Shown: positions 20,281 to 29,590 of the stretch, piece by piece
How positions within the stretch are numbered: the stretch's first letter is position 1
Layout of the letters: each line of letters opens with the position of its first letter
Assembly: GCA_964463175.1 (NCBI GenBank)
Contig: CAYXBJ010000178.1
Span: forward strand, 52,431 to 116,430
Source of the DNA: an uncultured bacterium
Lineage (GTDB): Bacteria > Methylomirabilota > Methylomirabilia > Rokubacteriales > DASRDR01
Length of the DNA: 64,000 bases
Reading direction: 5' to 3'
Position numbers and translations under genes: made by a program
The notes under the pieces: model-generated
Database searches by the model: none
Told to the model about the DNA's origin: nothing
The model's input: the letters and a program-made list of their open reading frames with translations, nothing else

Positions 20281-21459
20281 CTACCGGCGCAGTCGCGCGA
20301 GCGTCTCTCGGATCGTGTCGATCACGTACTCGACCGACTCCGCCGGCATGTCCGGATAGATGGGCAGCGAGATGGCTCCCGCGAACTGCCGCTCGGCCGA
20401 CGGGAACATCCCCGGCTGGTACCCGAAGCTCCGCTGGTAGGCGGGGTGCAGGTTCAGCGGCATGAAGTGGACGCTTGTGCCGATCCCCCGCGCCGCGAGC
20501 TCCCGCATCACGTCGTCGCGCCCCTTCGACAGGGCGTCCAGGTTCAGGCTGAGGACGTACAGGTGCCATGCGTGCACGTCACCCGACGGCTCGCTCGGAA
20601 TGCGGCAGGTGTCCAGGCCGTGGAGGCCCTCGCTGTAGCGCAAGGCGATCTCCCGACGCTGTTTTTGGAAGGCCTCGGCCTTGCGGAGCTGATGGAGGCC
20701 GATGGCCGCCGCGATGTCCGACAGGTTGTACTTGAACCCGTGGTCCTCGACCTCGTAATACCAGTTCCCCCGGTCACCGTAGCGATTCCAGGCGTCGGCG
20801 TTCAGACCGAACAGGCGCATGCGGCGAATCCGATCGGCCAGGTCATCGCGGTTGGTGGTGACCATGCCGCCCTCGCCGGTCGTGATCGTCTTCGTCGCGT
20901 AGAAGCTGAACCCCGCCACGTCGCCGAGGGTCCCGACCATCCGGCCCCGATTGGTCGCGGGAAACGCGTGCGCCGCATCCTCGATGACCGCGATGCCGTG
21001 CTGGCGCGCGAGTGCCATGATCGGATCCATGTCGCAGGCCCGTCCGGCAAAGTGCACGACGATGATCGCCTTGGTCCGATCGGTCACGTGGGACGCGAGG
21101 GTTCCGGCATCCACGTTCGGGTTCTCGAGACTGGAGTCGGCCAGCACCGGGCGCGCGCCGAGGTGAATCGCCGTGGCGGCCGTCGCGGTGAAGGTGTAGG
21201 CCGGGACGATGACCTCGTCGCCAGCGCCGACACCGACCGCCTCGAGGCCCAAGTGCAGAGCGCCGGTGCACGAGCTCACCGCGATGGCATGCTGGGCGCC
21301 GGTGAATACGGCGAACTCGCGCTCGAACCGCCGGGCCCGGGGGCCGGTCGTTAGCCAGCCAGATCTCAAGGTGTCCACGACCTCTCCGATCTCCTCTTCG
21401 CCGATCGAAGGAACGTGGTAGGGAACCTTCTTGATGGGCCGCGGCTCAATGCTGTCCAT
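20281..21459 (-). CDS. DegT/DnrJ/EryC1/StrS-family PLP-dependent sugar aminotransferase
   Basis: ...FSFYATKTITTGEGGMV (PLP-Lys region), 392 aa. Confidence 0.85.
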   Translation of the reverse strand: MDSIEPRPIKKVPYHVPSIGEEEIGEVVDTLRSGWLTTGPRARRFEREFAVFTGAQHAIAVSSCTGALHLGLEAVGVGAGDEVIVPAYTFTATAATAIHLGARPVLADSSLENPNVDAGTLASHVTDRTKAIIVVHFAGRACDMDPIMALARQHGIAVIEDAAHAFPATNRGRMVGTLGDVAGFSFYATKTITTGEGGMVTTNRDDLADRIRRMRLFGLNADAWNRYGDRGNWYYEVEDHGFKYNLSDIAAAIGLHQLRKAEAFQKQRREIALRYSEGLHGLDTCRIPSEPSGDVHAWHLYVLSLNLDALSKGRDDVMRELAARGIGTSVHFMPLNLHPAYQRSFGYQPGMFPSAERQFAGAISLPIYPDMPAESVEYVIDTIRETLARLRR

Positions 21460-23191
21460 TTGTTCGCTCCGCGTTTTCGCTCGCCAGCGGTAATCTGATT
21501 TCCAGGAGCGCCCCTCCTTGCTCGCAGGACATCAGCGAGGTCGTGCCCCCGTGTGCATTGACCACACTCCGAACGACCGACAGGCCGAGCCCCAGGTGCG
21601 GCCGGCTCTTCGTCGACACCAGCGGCGCGAAGACATCGTCTCGCGCGGCAAGCCCCAGTCCGCTGTCCTGCACGGAAATCAAGGCATGTCCGTTCTCGCG
21701 AGCCGTCCGCACGCGGATCTCTCCGCCTTCCGGCATGGCCTCGACGGCGTTCTCGATCGCATGGGCGAGAGCGGCCACGAAGTCAGGCATGGTGCGAGCC
21801 AGCAGAGGCTCGCTCATCAGCTCGAGACTGAGCCGGACCGGCGCGCGGCTCAGGTCGGTTCCCGCCTCCAGGCTGGCCCGGGCCATACTCATGACTCGCC
21901 GAACCACCTTGTTGAGGTCGGCCTCCCCGGTCCCGCCGGAGGTCTCGGACTCGTCCCCGCGAAGCGCACCGAGCACCGAACTGACCTCGCGCGTCACGGC
22001 CCCGGCCAGCGTGCTTGCTTCCAGCGAGCTCATTGGGGTGGACCCGTTCTCCCTCGTCAGGAGCTCCTGGATCCGGACTGGGAGGAGCGCCTCCACGAGT
22101 CGGTCGATCCCCTTGAGCGCCTCGCGCAGGGCAACGCGCTGGCTGGACGACAGCGTCTCGTAGGCTGCACGCCCGACGCATGCCCGCTCGTGCACGTGGT
22201 CCTCCAGCGTCGAGACCATCGCCAGCGCGTGGGTCGCAATCTCGGCCCGGTGCCGGAACGCCTCCAGCTCCCAATCGCTGAGCTGTAGCTCGTCCTCCAC
22301 GTACAGGCAGATGAGCCCCAGCAGTCGCCCCGCGCTCATGAGCGGCAGGGTGATCCGGGTCCACCGCCCGCTGTCCGGTATCGCCGCCCACAGGGGGTCC
22401 AGCGGATCGTCCGCGACGCTCGCGACTCCGATCGGCCACTCGGACTGCGTCCGGCCCCGGGCCAGCGCCAGCATCATCTGGGCCGCGTCCACGGAGGTCA
22501 CCGGCTCGGGGAATCGGTAGCGCGCAGCGACCGCGATGTCCCCCGCCGGAGTCACACGGAACAGGAGACCGCGCACTGACATCCCGAGCCACCCGCTCGC
22601 CTCCGAGGCGCACATGGCCAGGACGTCTTCGATGGTCCGGGCGTCGAACGTCTCGCGCACCATCCGGAGGAGAGACGCCATGGCCCGGACCTGCTGGCGC
22701 AGCCGCCCCGCCTCCCAGGCCTGAGCGGAGCTGGCGATGAACTCGTCGAGGATCGCGCGGCATCGCTCGCGCTTCTCGGCGCTCAAGGGCTCCCGCGCTG
22801 CGGAACGCATCTCGCCCAGCCCCAGAACGCCGACCGTCTCGTCGCCGTGCCGGATGGGCAGGAGGTAGATGGCGCGCAGGTCCGGAACCATCGACTGGGC
22901 CGCCTCGTCCTGGATGGCGACCTGATCGGCCGCTTCGAGATCGACGAACACCTCTTCGTGGCCCTGGAACGCCGCCCGGTGCGAGGGCGCCGTCGCGAGC
23001 GCCACCCGCGACCACAACGGGAGCGGCACGTCGAGGGGTCGCGCCGTCCCGACCGCCTTGACCGTGAGGCAGAAGGTCGGACGGTCCCACAGGGCGACGC
23101 TGGCAATGGTGACCGGCAGGCTGTCGGCGAGCTTCTGGGCAAGCTGCTGAGCCGCGGTCTCGAGGCCGAGCATGGTTCCGTTTCCGTTCAT
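21446..23191 (-). CDS. Cytoplasmic GAF-domain sensor histidine kinase
   Basis: C-terminal HATPase_c (ENAVEAMPEGGEIRV...DSGLGL...GLGLSVV). Upstream GAF-like regions; no TM segments. Start taken at MNGNGTMLG; the first ~124 codons of the track ORF overlap the upstream gene. Confidence 0.65.
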   Translation of the reverse strand: MNGNGTMLGLETAAQQLAQKLADSLPVTIASVALWDRPTFCLTVKAVGTARPLDVPLPLWSRVALATAPSHRAAFQGHEEVFVDLEAADQVAIQDEAAQSMVPDLRAIYLLPIRHGDETVGVLGLGEMRSAAREPLSAEKRERCRAILDEFIASSAQAWEAGRLRQQVRAMASLLRMVRETFDARTIEDVLAMCASEASGWLGMSVRGLLFRVTPAGDIAVAARYRFPEPVTSVDAAQMMLALARGRTQSEWPIGVASVADDPLDPLWAAIPDSGRWTRITLPLMSAGRLLGLICLYVEDELQLSDWELEAFRHRAEIATHALAMVSTLEDHVHERACVGRAAYETLSSSQRVALREALKGIDRLVEALLPVRIQELLTRENGSTPMSSLEASTLAGAVTREVSSVLGALRGDESETSGGTGEADLNKVVRRVMSMARASLEAGTDLSRAPVRLSLELMSEPLLARTMPDFVAALAHAIENAVEAMPEGGEIRVRTARENGHALISVQDSGLGLAARDDVFAPLVSTKSRPHLGLGLSVVRSVVNAHGGTTSLMSCEQGGALLEIRLPLASENAERTNGQH

Positions 23192-23204
23192 CGGAGTTGG
23201 CCCG

Positions 23205-26123
23205 TCACGATCCCGTGCCGGCCCCGACGGTGGCCAGGCCACGCAGGGCCGCAGCGTTGTCGGGCTGGCGCCGGAGCACGGTGCGATACTGCTGGATCGC
23301 CCGGTCGGCAAGTCCCGCCCGCGCGTACAGGTCGCCGAGCTCCGCGCCAAGGTCGCCGTCCGCCGGGCGGAGCCGCTGCGCCACTTCGTAGCTCGCGATC
23401 GCTTCCCGCAGGTAGCCGGCGCCCCGAAGGGCCTGCGCCGCCGCCCGGTGGAGGCGCCAATCGTCGCCGCCGACCGCGGCCGCCGTCCGGTACTCCTGGA
23501 ACGCCTCGGCGGCCTGCCCCCGCTGCTCGAGCAGCCGGCCGAGCTCGAGATGGACCCAGCCATCGTTCGGCTTGTCGCGAAGGATCTGGCGCCACAGCGT
23601 CACCGCCCGCTCCCACTGGCCGCGCTGGACAAACAGGGCGGCGAGCTCTCCCTGGACACGGTGGCGCCGGCTGGCCGGGCCAGGACCGGACTCGGCCAGA
23701 GTCGCAGCGGTGGCGAGCGCGATGTCCGCCTCCATCCCCTGGTTCGTCTGGGCGTAAACCATGGCGAGGACGGCGAAGACCTCCGCCTCTCCCGGCGCCA
23801 GCACCAGAGTGCGGCGGGCCTGTTCGAGCGCGGCCAGCGGGTCTTTCCGATTGATCAGCACCCGCGCGTACGCGAGTCGCGCCTCCACCTCGGTGGCGGG
23901 CTCCTGCGCGAGCGCGATCGCCTGCTCGAACGCGGCGGTGGCGCCCTGCGTTCGCCCGCGGCGCTCCAGATACGATCCGAGCCCGAGGAGCAGGTCGAAC
24001 TTCTGCGGCACGGTCGCCAGGATGAGCTGGTCGTCCACCTGCCGGGCCAGCAAGTCCTCGACAACGCCGTCGAGGAAGCCGGGGTTCAAGGCCACGGCCC
24101 GGCCGAACGCCGCGCTCGCCACCTCGTAGCGGTCCGGTTGACCGACGGCATTCAGCGCGAACGACCCCATGCGCCGGTGTCGATTCGCGTTCTGGGGGTC
24201 CCAGCGGACGGCGTCCTGGAAGTGCGCCAGGGCTTCGGGGAACACGCTCCGCTCCGACCCGACGGTCCCCGCGAGCCGCGGGTCAATCGGGGTCTGGATC
24301 GGGCTCTTCTGGACGACCTGGCGAACATTCTCCAGGGTTCCGAGGAACCAGCCGAACCGCTCGTGCGTGTCGGCCGCCCGCGGCCGGAGCTGGAGGCTCG
24401 TCCGATACGCCTCGTACGCGTCCGCGAGCAGGGGCTGCGCCGCCTCGAACTTCGCTGCGACGGACAGGTCGGACAGGCGCGCGCCGCTCGCGGTGATCCC
24501 GAGCGTCCAGGCGCGGCGCCCGAGCTCGGCGGAGACGTCGGCGAAGTCCGACCAGGCGGCCGGGTTCGAGCGATCCCAGGCAACGGCCGTCCGGAGGCCG
24601 GCGCGCGCCCGGATCAGATCCCCCTGCGGCGTCCCATCCCTTCGCCAGACACTGGTCACCGTGGAGGCGGCACTCGCTCGTTGCCATCCGGCGACGCTCG
24701 GGGGCGCCAGCAGCACCGTGGCGGCGACCACCGCCACCAGGGCGACGAAGACACTCACCGTGCTCCATCCCGGATTCAGGCGCCAGCCCCACCGCTCCAG
24801 GCCAACACGCTCCCCTTCACCATCCCGGTGGAGGGTCGCCGCCAGCGGCAGCAGCCCGGCAATCAGCGCCAGCATCACCGCATTGCCTGGCATGTGGAGC
24901 CCGAAGTCCACGACACTGTGAACCGTGACCGCGACGATCGCGCCAGTGCCTCCCAGCAGGAGCCCGCGGACGAACGGATCGCGGCGACCGCGCCACGCCT
25001 GCACCAGGGATGTCAGCAGCGCCACCAGTGCCCATCCGGCGATCAGCAGGCCCACCACTCCCGTCTCGGCCAGCAGCTGCAGGAAGTCGTTGTGCGCGTA
25101 GTCCACGAACTTGTCGGCCGGAACCTCGACTGGTTGATAGGGCGCGAAGCCATCCCGGAACGCGCCGAGCCCGATCCCGGCGACCGGCGCATCACCGACG
25201 ACTCGCAGCGTCGTCGCCCAGATTCTCGAGCGCAGATCCGACGCGGGCTCCCGCAGCACCTCGGAGAATCGGTCGGTCACCGCCCCGAGTCCGACCCAGC
25301 CGGCGTAGGTGACAACGCCGAGCGCGAGCGCCAGGATGGCCAGCGTGACGTGGTTCCCGGATCGAGCCGTGCGCGCCATGGCGAGCATGGCCAGCACGCC
25401 GACCACGGTACTCACCACACCGCCGCGGGAGAGCGTGAGGGCGAGCGCGAGCGCCAGGACAAGCACGCCACCGACCAGGAACACTCGCACCGTCAGACCC
25501 TCGAGGGCCCCCGCGGGAGGCGCCGACTCGGACCGCCCCGCGTGTCCGCGGCGCGAATGGGCGGAGGGACGCAAGAGCAGTCCCAGGGCCATGAACAGGG
25601 CGATGGAGAAGTAGAGGGCCTGGTGGTTCGGGTTGACGAAGGTGCTCGTCAGGCGGCCCGACGGGCTGGCCGCGAGCCCGCTCCAACCGATCTTGAGCTG
25701 TCCAGCAAACCCCACCCCGGCCAGGACGACCGCCCAGCCAACCAGCGCGAGCGTCAGCCGGGTGAGGCGCGCGCGGGTCATCGGGAGGCCGGTGACCACG
25801 AGGAACAGACCGAAGTAGGCGAAGTAAAGCCGCGCGCTCTCCCAGGTTGCGTACCGGTTGATCGAGCCGCCGGGCGAGAAGACCTGCCAGCCGACGAGGA
25901 CGGCCATCGCCACCGCCGGTCCCAGCAGTGGAGTCCGGCGAATCTCGAGCTCTCCGGACACCGCCATCCGAACGATCCACAGGGCGAGCAGCAGCGCCAC
26001 GCCGCCCTCGATGCCCGCCTGGGCCCAGGGCACGACGGCACCGAGGGGCAGCGGCGCGAACATCAGGAGCGCCACCACTCCGACCTCGATGACGGCGTCG
26101 ATAACCCGGGCGAGTCCAGTCAC
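23205..26123 (-). CDS. O-antigen ligase/polymerase-family (Wzy_C domain) membrane protein fused to a long C-terminal TPR-repeat domain
   Basis: N-terminal ~430 aa polytopic with Wzy_C hallmarks (LALTLSRGG, YAHNDFLQLLAETGVVGL). C-terminal ~450 aa of TPR-like repeats (...AYARVLINRKDPLAALEQARRTLVLAPGEAE..., ...LGDLYARAGLADRAIQQYRTVLRRQPDNAAALRGLA). Confidence 0.75.
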   Translation of the reverse strand: MTGLARVIDAVIEVGVVALLMFAPLPLGAVVPWAQAGIEGGVALLLALWIVRMAVSGELEIRRTPLLGPAVAMAVLVGWQVFSPGGSINRYATWESARLYFAYFGLFLVVTGLPMTRARLTRLTLALVGWAVVLAGVGFAGQLKIGWSGLAASPSGRLTSTFVNPNHQALYFSIALFMALGLLLRPSAHSRRGHAGRSESAPPAGALEGLTVRVFLVGGVLVLALALALTLSRGGVVSTVVGVLAMLAMARTARSGNHVTLAILALALGVVTYAGWVGLGAVTDRFSEVLREPASDLRSRIWATTLRVVGDAPVAGIGLGAFRDGFAPYQPVEVPADKFVDYAHNDFLQLLAETGVVGLLIAGWALVALLTSLVQAWRGRRDPFVRGLLLGGTGAIVAVTVHSVVDFGLHMPGNAVMLALIAGLLPLAATLHRDGEGERVGLERWGWRLNPGWSTVSVFVALVAVVAATVLLAPPSVAGWQRASAASTVTSVWRRDGTPQGDLIRARAGLRTAVAWDRSNPAAWSDFADVSAELGRRAWTLGITASGARLSDLSVAAKFEAAQPLLADAYEAYRTSLQLRPRAADTHERFGWFLGTLENVRQVVQKSPIQTPIDPRLAGTVGSERSVFPEALAHFQDAVRWDPQNANRHRRMGSFALNAVGQPDRYEVASAAFGRAVALNPGFLDGVVEDLLARQVDDQLILATVPQKFDLLLGLGSYLERRGRTQGATAAFEQAIALAQEPATEVEARLAYARVLINRKDPLAALEQARRTLVLAPGEAEVFAVLAMVYAQTNQGMEADIALATAATLAESGPGPASRRHRVQGELAALFVQRGQWERAVTLWRQILRDKPNDGWVHLELGRLLEQRGQAAEAFQEYRTAAAVGGDDWRLHRAAAQALRGAGYLREAIASYEVAQRLRPADGDLGAELGDLYARAGLADRAIQQYRTVLRRQPDNAAALRGLATVGAGTGS

Positions 26124-26881
26124 TTGGAGCGTGCCTCTCCCGACGAGCGGCCCTTGACCGGGTCATAAGCGCTTCGCGTGTAATACCCGTCGTACGTGTC
26201 GTAGTACCGCTTGGAGTAGCCGTGCGCCGCGGCATCGAACCGGTTGAGCACGGCGCCGATGATCCGTCCCCTCACCGCCTCGATGCGCTCCTTTGCGCGC
26301 CGCAGCGCCACCTCTGGTGTCTGCCCGCTGTCCACGACCAGCAGCACGCCGTCGACGTGCGGCGCGAGCGCGCACGCATCGCTCGTTGCGAGCGCCGGCG
26401 GGGAATCGAGGATCACGACGTCGAAGCGCTCCGCCACCGTGTTCAGGAACTCGTGCATCCGTCGGGAGCCCAGGAGCTCGGCGGGGTTCGGAGGCGTCGG
26501 ACCACTCACCACCAGGGAGAGATTCGGGACGGCGCTCTTGAGGAGCACCGCGGCCAGGAGCGAGTCGCCGACGAGGTACGACGACAGCCCCGGCGTGGTG
26601 GGCTGCCGGAACAGACTGTGGACGCTGGGGCGCCGGAGGTCCGCCTCGACCAGGAGGACCGAGCGTTCCCCCTGCGCCATGCTGATCGCCAGATTGGCCG
26701 CGGTCGTCGACTTGCCCTCACCGGGGCCGGCGCTCGTCACCAGGATGCGCCGGAGCGGGACGTCGGGATTCGCGTAATGGAGGTTGTTCCGGAGCACCCG
26801 GAATGCCTCGGCGGCGAACGACTGAGGGTCATTCAGCGTCACGAGGCTCGAGGGCGAGGACGAGCTCTTCAACGGGGTCAT
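26120..26881 (-). CDS. Bacterial tyrosine autokinase, cytoplasmic subunit (CpsD/CapB-like BY-kinase)
   Basis: Walker A SAGPGEGKSTTAANLA, Walker A' VLLVEADLRRP, Walker B DVVILDSPP, C-terminal Tyr cluster YSKRYYDTYDGYYTRSAY. Confidence 0.85.
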   Translation of the reverse strand: MTPLKSSSSPSSLVTLNDPQSFAAEAFRVLRNNLHYANPDVPLRRILVTSAGPGEGKSTTAANLAISMAQGERSVLLVEADLRRPSVHSLFRQPTTPGLSSYLVGDSLLAAVLLKSAVPNLSLVVSGPTPPNPAELLGSRRMHEFLNTVAERFDVVILDSPPALATSDACALAPHVDGVLLVVDSGQTPEVALRRAKERIEAVRGRIIGAVLNRFDAAAHGYSKRYYDTYDGYYTRSAYDPVKGRSSGEARSK

Positions 26882-26895
26882 CTCCTCTCTCCGAC

Positions 26896-28254
26896 CTAGC
26901 TACGCGCTCGGGGGAGCATGGGAATCAGGGAGAACACGGGTACACCGAGCGCATGCTCCACCTGCTCGGGCGTGCGAACGCTGTCGTCCATGTATTCGAG
27001 GAAGAAGGCAGCGCCGAGGCCCACGATCAGCCCCATGAGCGCGCCGAGCGCCAGGTTCAGCGTCTTTCGCGGCTTGATGGGGGACGTGGGGACGATGGCC
27101 GCCTCCACGATCCGGATGTTGTTCGAGTCCAGACCCTGGCTGAGGCTCGTCTCCTTGAGGCGCTTCAGCAGCACGTCATACAGCTGCTGGTTCGAATCCG
27201 CCTCTCGCTTCAGGATCCCGTACTGGATCTCCTTCTTCCCGAGAGCCTGGGCCTCGTCGCGGTACTGGTTCACGGCCTGGAGCATCGCGTTCTCGCGCGC
27301 CTTGAGCGCGTTGTACTCGCTCTCCATGCTGAGCGAGAGCCGGCCCACCTCTTCGCGGATCTTCAGCTGGATCTCGTCGATCTGGGACTGGATCTTGACG
27401 ACCTCGGGGTGCTTCTCGCGGTATGTCTTGAGGAGCTTGGAGCGCTGAACCTCGAGCTCGACGAGCTGGCCCTTCAGCTTCTGGATCAACGGATTGTTGA
27501 TCACCATCGGCGAGGACTCCAGCAGCTCGGGCTGCGTCGAGGCGCGCTTGAGCTCGCCCAGGCGCGTCTCCATCTCGAGCCGCTTGGCCTTCGCCTCGAT
27601 GTACCCGCTGTTGAATTCGGCGAGCTTACGGACCCCCAGGCTTTGCTTCTCCTCGACCTGGACCAGCCCCGCCTGCTCGCGGTAACGCTGAAGCGCCAGC
27701 TCCGACTCGTTCACCTTGTTCTTGAGGTCGGAGACCTGCGCGGTGAGCCAGCTGAGGGCATCGCGCGCGGACGACAGCTTCAGCTCGAGATTCTGATGGA
27801 CGTACGTGGTCGCCAGGGTATTGGCGATCTCCGCCGCGAGCTTGGGGTCCTCGTCCTCGACACGGATCTCGATCAGGCGCGTGTTCCGGATCGGCTCGAC
27901 CGAGATCGCGCCGAGGAACGACGACGCCGGATCGGCCGCCAGGGCCAGCCCCGGCTTCTTCGTCTTGAGCTCGAGGGTATCGATCACCCGCTCGGCCACG
28001 GGCCGGCTCTTGACGATCTGGACCTGCGTCTCGAAGAACTCCGTGGATTCGGGCGCGATGCCCGCGGCGTCCTGGAAGTTCACCACCCGCGGCCCCTCAC
28101 GCTCGAGGAGCGCCTTGGTCGCCGCCCGGTAGACCGGACGCTGGAGATAGGTGCCGAGAGCCACCGTCGCGACGATCACGACGAAGCACGCGACGACCAG
28201 CCAGGCGTGCTTCCGCAGCACACGGATGTACTCACGCAGATGGACCTGTTCCAT
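26896..28254 (-). CDS. Polysaccharide co-polymerase (Wzz/GumC/CpsC-like PCP-2b, transmembrane subunit without kinase domain)
   Basis: N-terminal TM (LVVACFVVIVATVALGTYL), long coiled-coil periplasmic domain, C-terminal TM (LNLALGALMGLIVGLGAAFFL). Start may be the upstream M (28290). Confidence 0.8.
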   Translation of the reverse strand: MEQVHLREYIRVLRKHAWLVVACFVVIVATVALGTYLQRPVYRAATKALLEREGPRVVNFQDAAGIAPESTEFFETQVQIVKSRPVAERVIDTLELKTKKPGLALAADPASSFLGAISVEPIRNTRLIEIRVEDEDPKLAAEIANTLATTYVHQNLELKLSSARDALSWLTAQVSDLKNKVNESELALQRYREQAGLVQVEEKQSLGVRKLAEFNSGYIEAKAKRLEMETRLGELKRASTQPELLESSPMVINNPLIQKLKGQLVELEVQRSKLLKTYREKHPEVVKIQSQIDEIQLKIREEVGRLSLSMESEYNALKARENAMLQAVNQYRDEAQALGKKEIQYGILKREADSNQQLYDVLLKRLKETSLSQGLDSNNIRIVEAAIVPTSPIKPRKTLNLALGALMGLIVGLGAAFFLEYMDDSVRTPEQVEHALGVPVFSLIPMLPRARS

Positions 28255-28304
28255 GAAACCCTCACTCGACACGGTGTGTCCCGGCGGCATTGCGGCCCCC
28301 TAGC

Positions 28305-29450
28305 CTAGAAGTAGCTCTCCGGCACGACGACCACGTCGTTGGCCGTGAGCGGAATGTCCCTGTCCTTGCGGCCCCGCTTGATGACCTCGTTGAGATCCAC
28401 GACGATCGTTTCCTGGCGACCGTCGCGATAAGTCCGGATGATCTTCGTCCGGTTCGGGGCAGCCTTGTCGGTGAAGCCTCCCGCGAGCGCGACGCCCTCG
28501 ATGGCGGTCCCCGCCTGCTCGAGCTGGTAGGCGCCGGGCTTCTTCACCTCGCCCATGACGTAGAAGGTGTTCCCGGCCGGCACGAGGACCGTGTCCCCCT
28601 CCGCCAGCAGAAAGTCGCGGGCGCGTGGGTCGGCGCCGCTCAGATCGATCGGGATCGTCTCCTGGCTGCCGTCCGGCTGCTTCCTGAGCACCTTGGAGAC
28701 CGACGAGGCGGCCCGCTCCGAGAAGCCGCCGGCCAGCGTGATGGCCTCGAGTGCCGAGGTCTCCTTCTCCAGCACGAAGGCGCCGGGCTTCTTCACCTCG
28801 CCCATGACGTAGAAGCTCGTCTGCTTCGCGATGTAGACGGTGTCACCGTTCTCGAGGGGAAGGTTCTCCGAGCTGTCGCCGTCGAGGAGCTTCCGGAGAC
28901 TCACGCGAATCGTCGTGCTACCCGCCGCGCCCGGAGTCACGGGACCATCGGCCTTCGGGAGGCGAACGACCACCGCCTGGCGGCCCGCGAACTTGCTGGG
29001 GCCCCCCGCCTGGGACAGCACGTCCAGCAGCGTCGAGCGCCCGGTGAGGAAGTAGGTGCCGGGCTTGTCGGCCTCGCCCAGGACGAAGACCCGTTGCGAC
29101 CGGTACTCCTGGACCGACACGGTCACCTGGGGATCGACGAGGTAGTCCTTCCCGAGCTGCTGCTGGAGGCGGGTCTCCAACTCGGTCGGGGTCAGGCCTC
29201 CCGCCGCCACGTCTCCGATCAGAGGAAAGGGCATGCGTCCGTCCCCCGCAATGACCGACGTGCGGGCGAGGTCCTCATGTCCGTAGACCGTGATCTTCAG
29301 AATGTCCCCGGGTCCGATCCGGTAGTCCTGGCCCTTGGGGCTGGAGGCCTGAGCGCGTGCGGCGCCCGCCCCGAGTAGGAGCAGACCCAAGGCCAGCAGG
29401 AGGAGGCCGTAGAGGGGGAGCCTCGATCGGTGGGCGAGCTTCATCATCAT
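28305..29450 (-). CDS. Outer-membrane polysaccharide export protein (OPX/Wza family), short form with two SLBB-type repeats; no C-terminal OM helix
   Basis: Signal peptide. Poly_export-like N-domain (DYRIGPGDILKITVYGHEDL), two GDT..FYVMGEVKKPGAY repeats. Ends ...VVVPESYF. Confidence 0.85.
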   Translation of the reverse strand: MMMKLAHRSRLPLYGLLLLALGLLLLGAGAARAQASSPKGQDYRIGPGDILKITVYGHEDLARTSVIAGDGRMPFPLIGDVAAGGLTPTELETRLQQQLGKDYLVDPQVTVSVQEYRSQRVFVLGEADKPGTYFLTGRSTLLDVLSQAGGPSKFAGRQAVVVRLPKADGPVTPGAAGSTTIRVSLRKLLDGDSSENLPLENGDTVYIAKQTSFYVMGEVKKPGAFVLEKETSALEAITLAGGFSERAASSVSKVLRKQPDGSQETIPIDLSGADPRARDFLLAEGDTVLVPAGNTFYVMGEVKKPGAYQLEQAGTAIEGVALAGGFTDKAAPNRTKIIRTYRDGRQETIVVDLNEVIKRGRKDRDIPLTANDVVVVPESYF

Positions 29451-29590
29451 CTGGAGTTGTTCCTATGCTTTCAGACGCCGGCAGGAGCAGCCGTCCGAGG
29501 TCGCGATAAGGCAGAAGTCCCTGTTGGGCACGATTTAGGTACTACGAGCAACTCTCGTGCCTAGAGTCAGGGAGGAGCAGGCGGGCTAGG

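Noticed and set aside
23172-26168. 998-aa ORF on the + strand, the longest in the track
   Set aside because: It is antisense to the Wzy_C-TPR gene, which has clear conserved motifs. Its translation is low-complexity and rich in Arg/Gly/Pro/Ala, typical of stop-codon-poor antisense frames in ~70% GC DNA. The same applies to 19498-21354(+), 31261-33267(+), 45661-48213(+), 54587-56464(+), 59618-61312(+) and 41063-42895(+).
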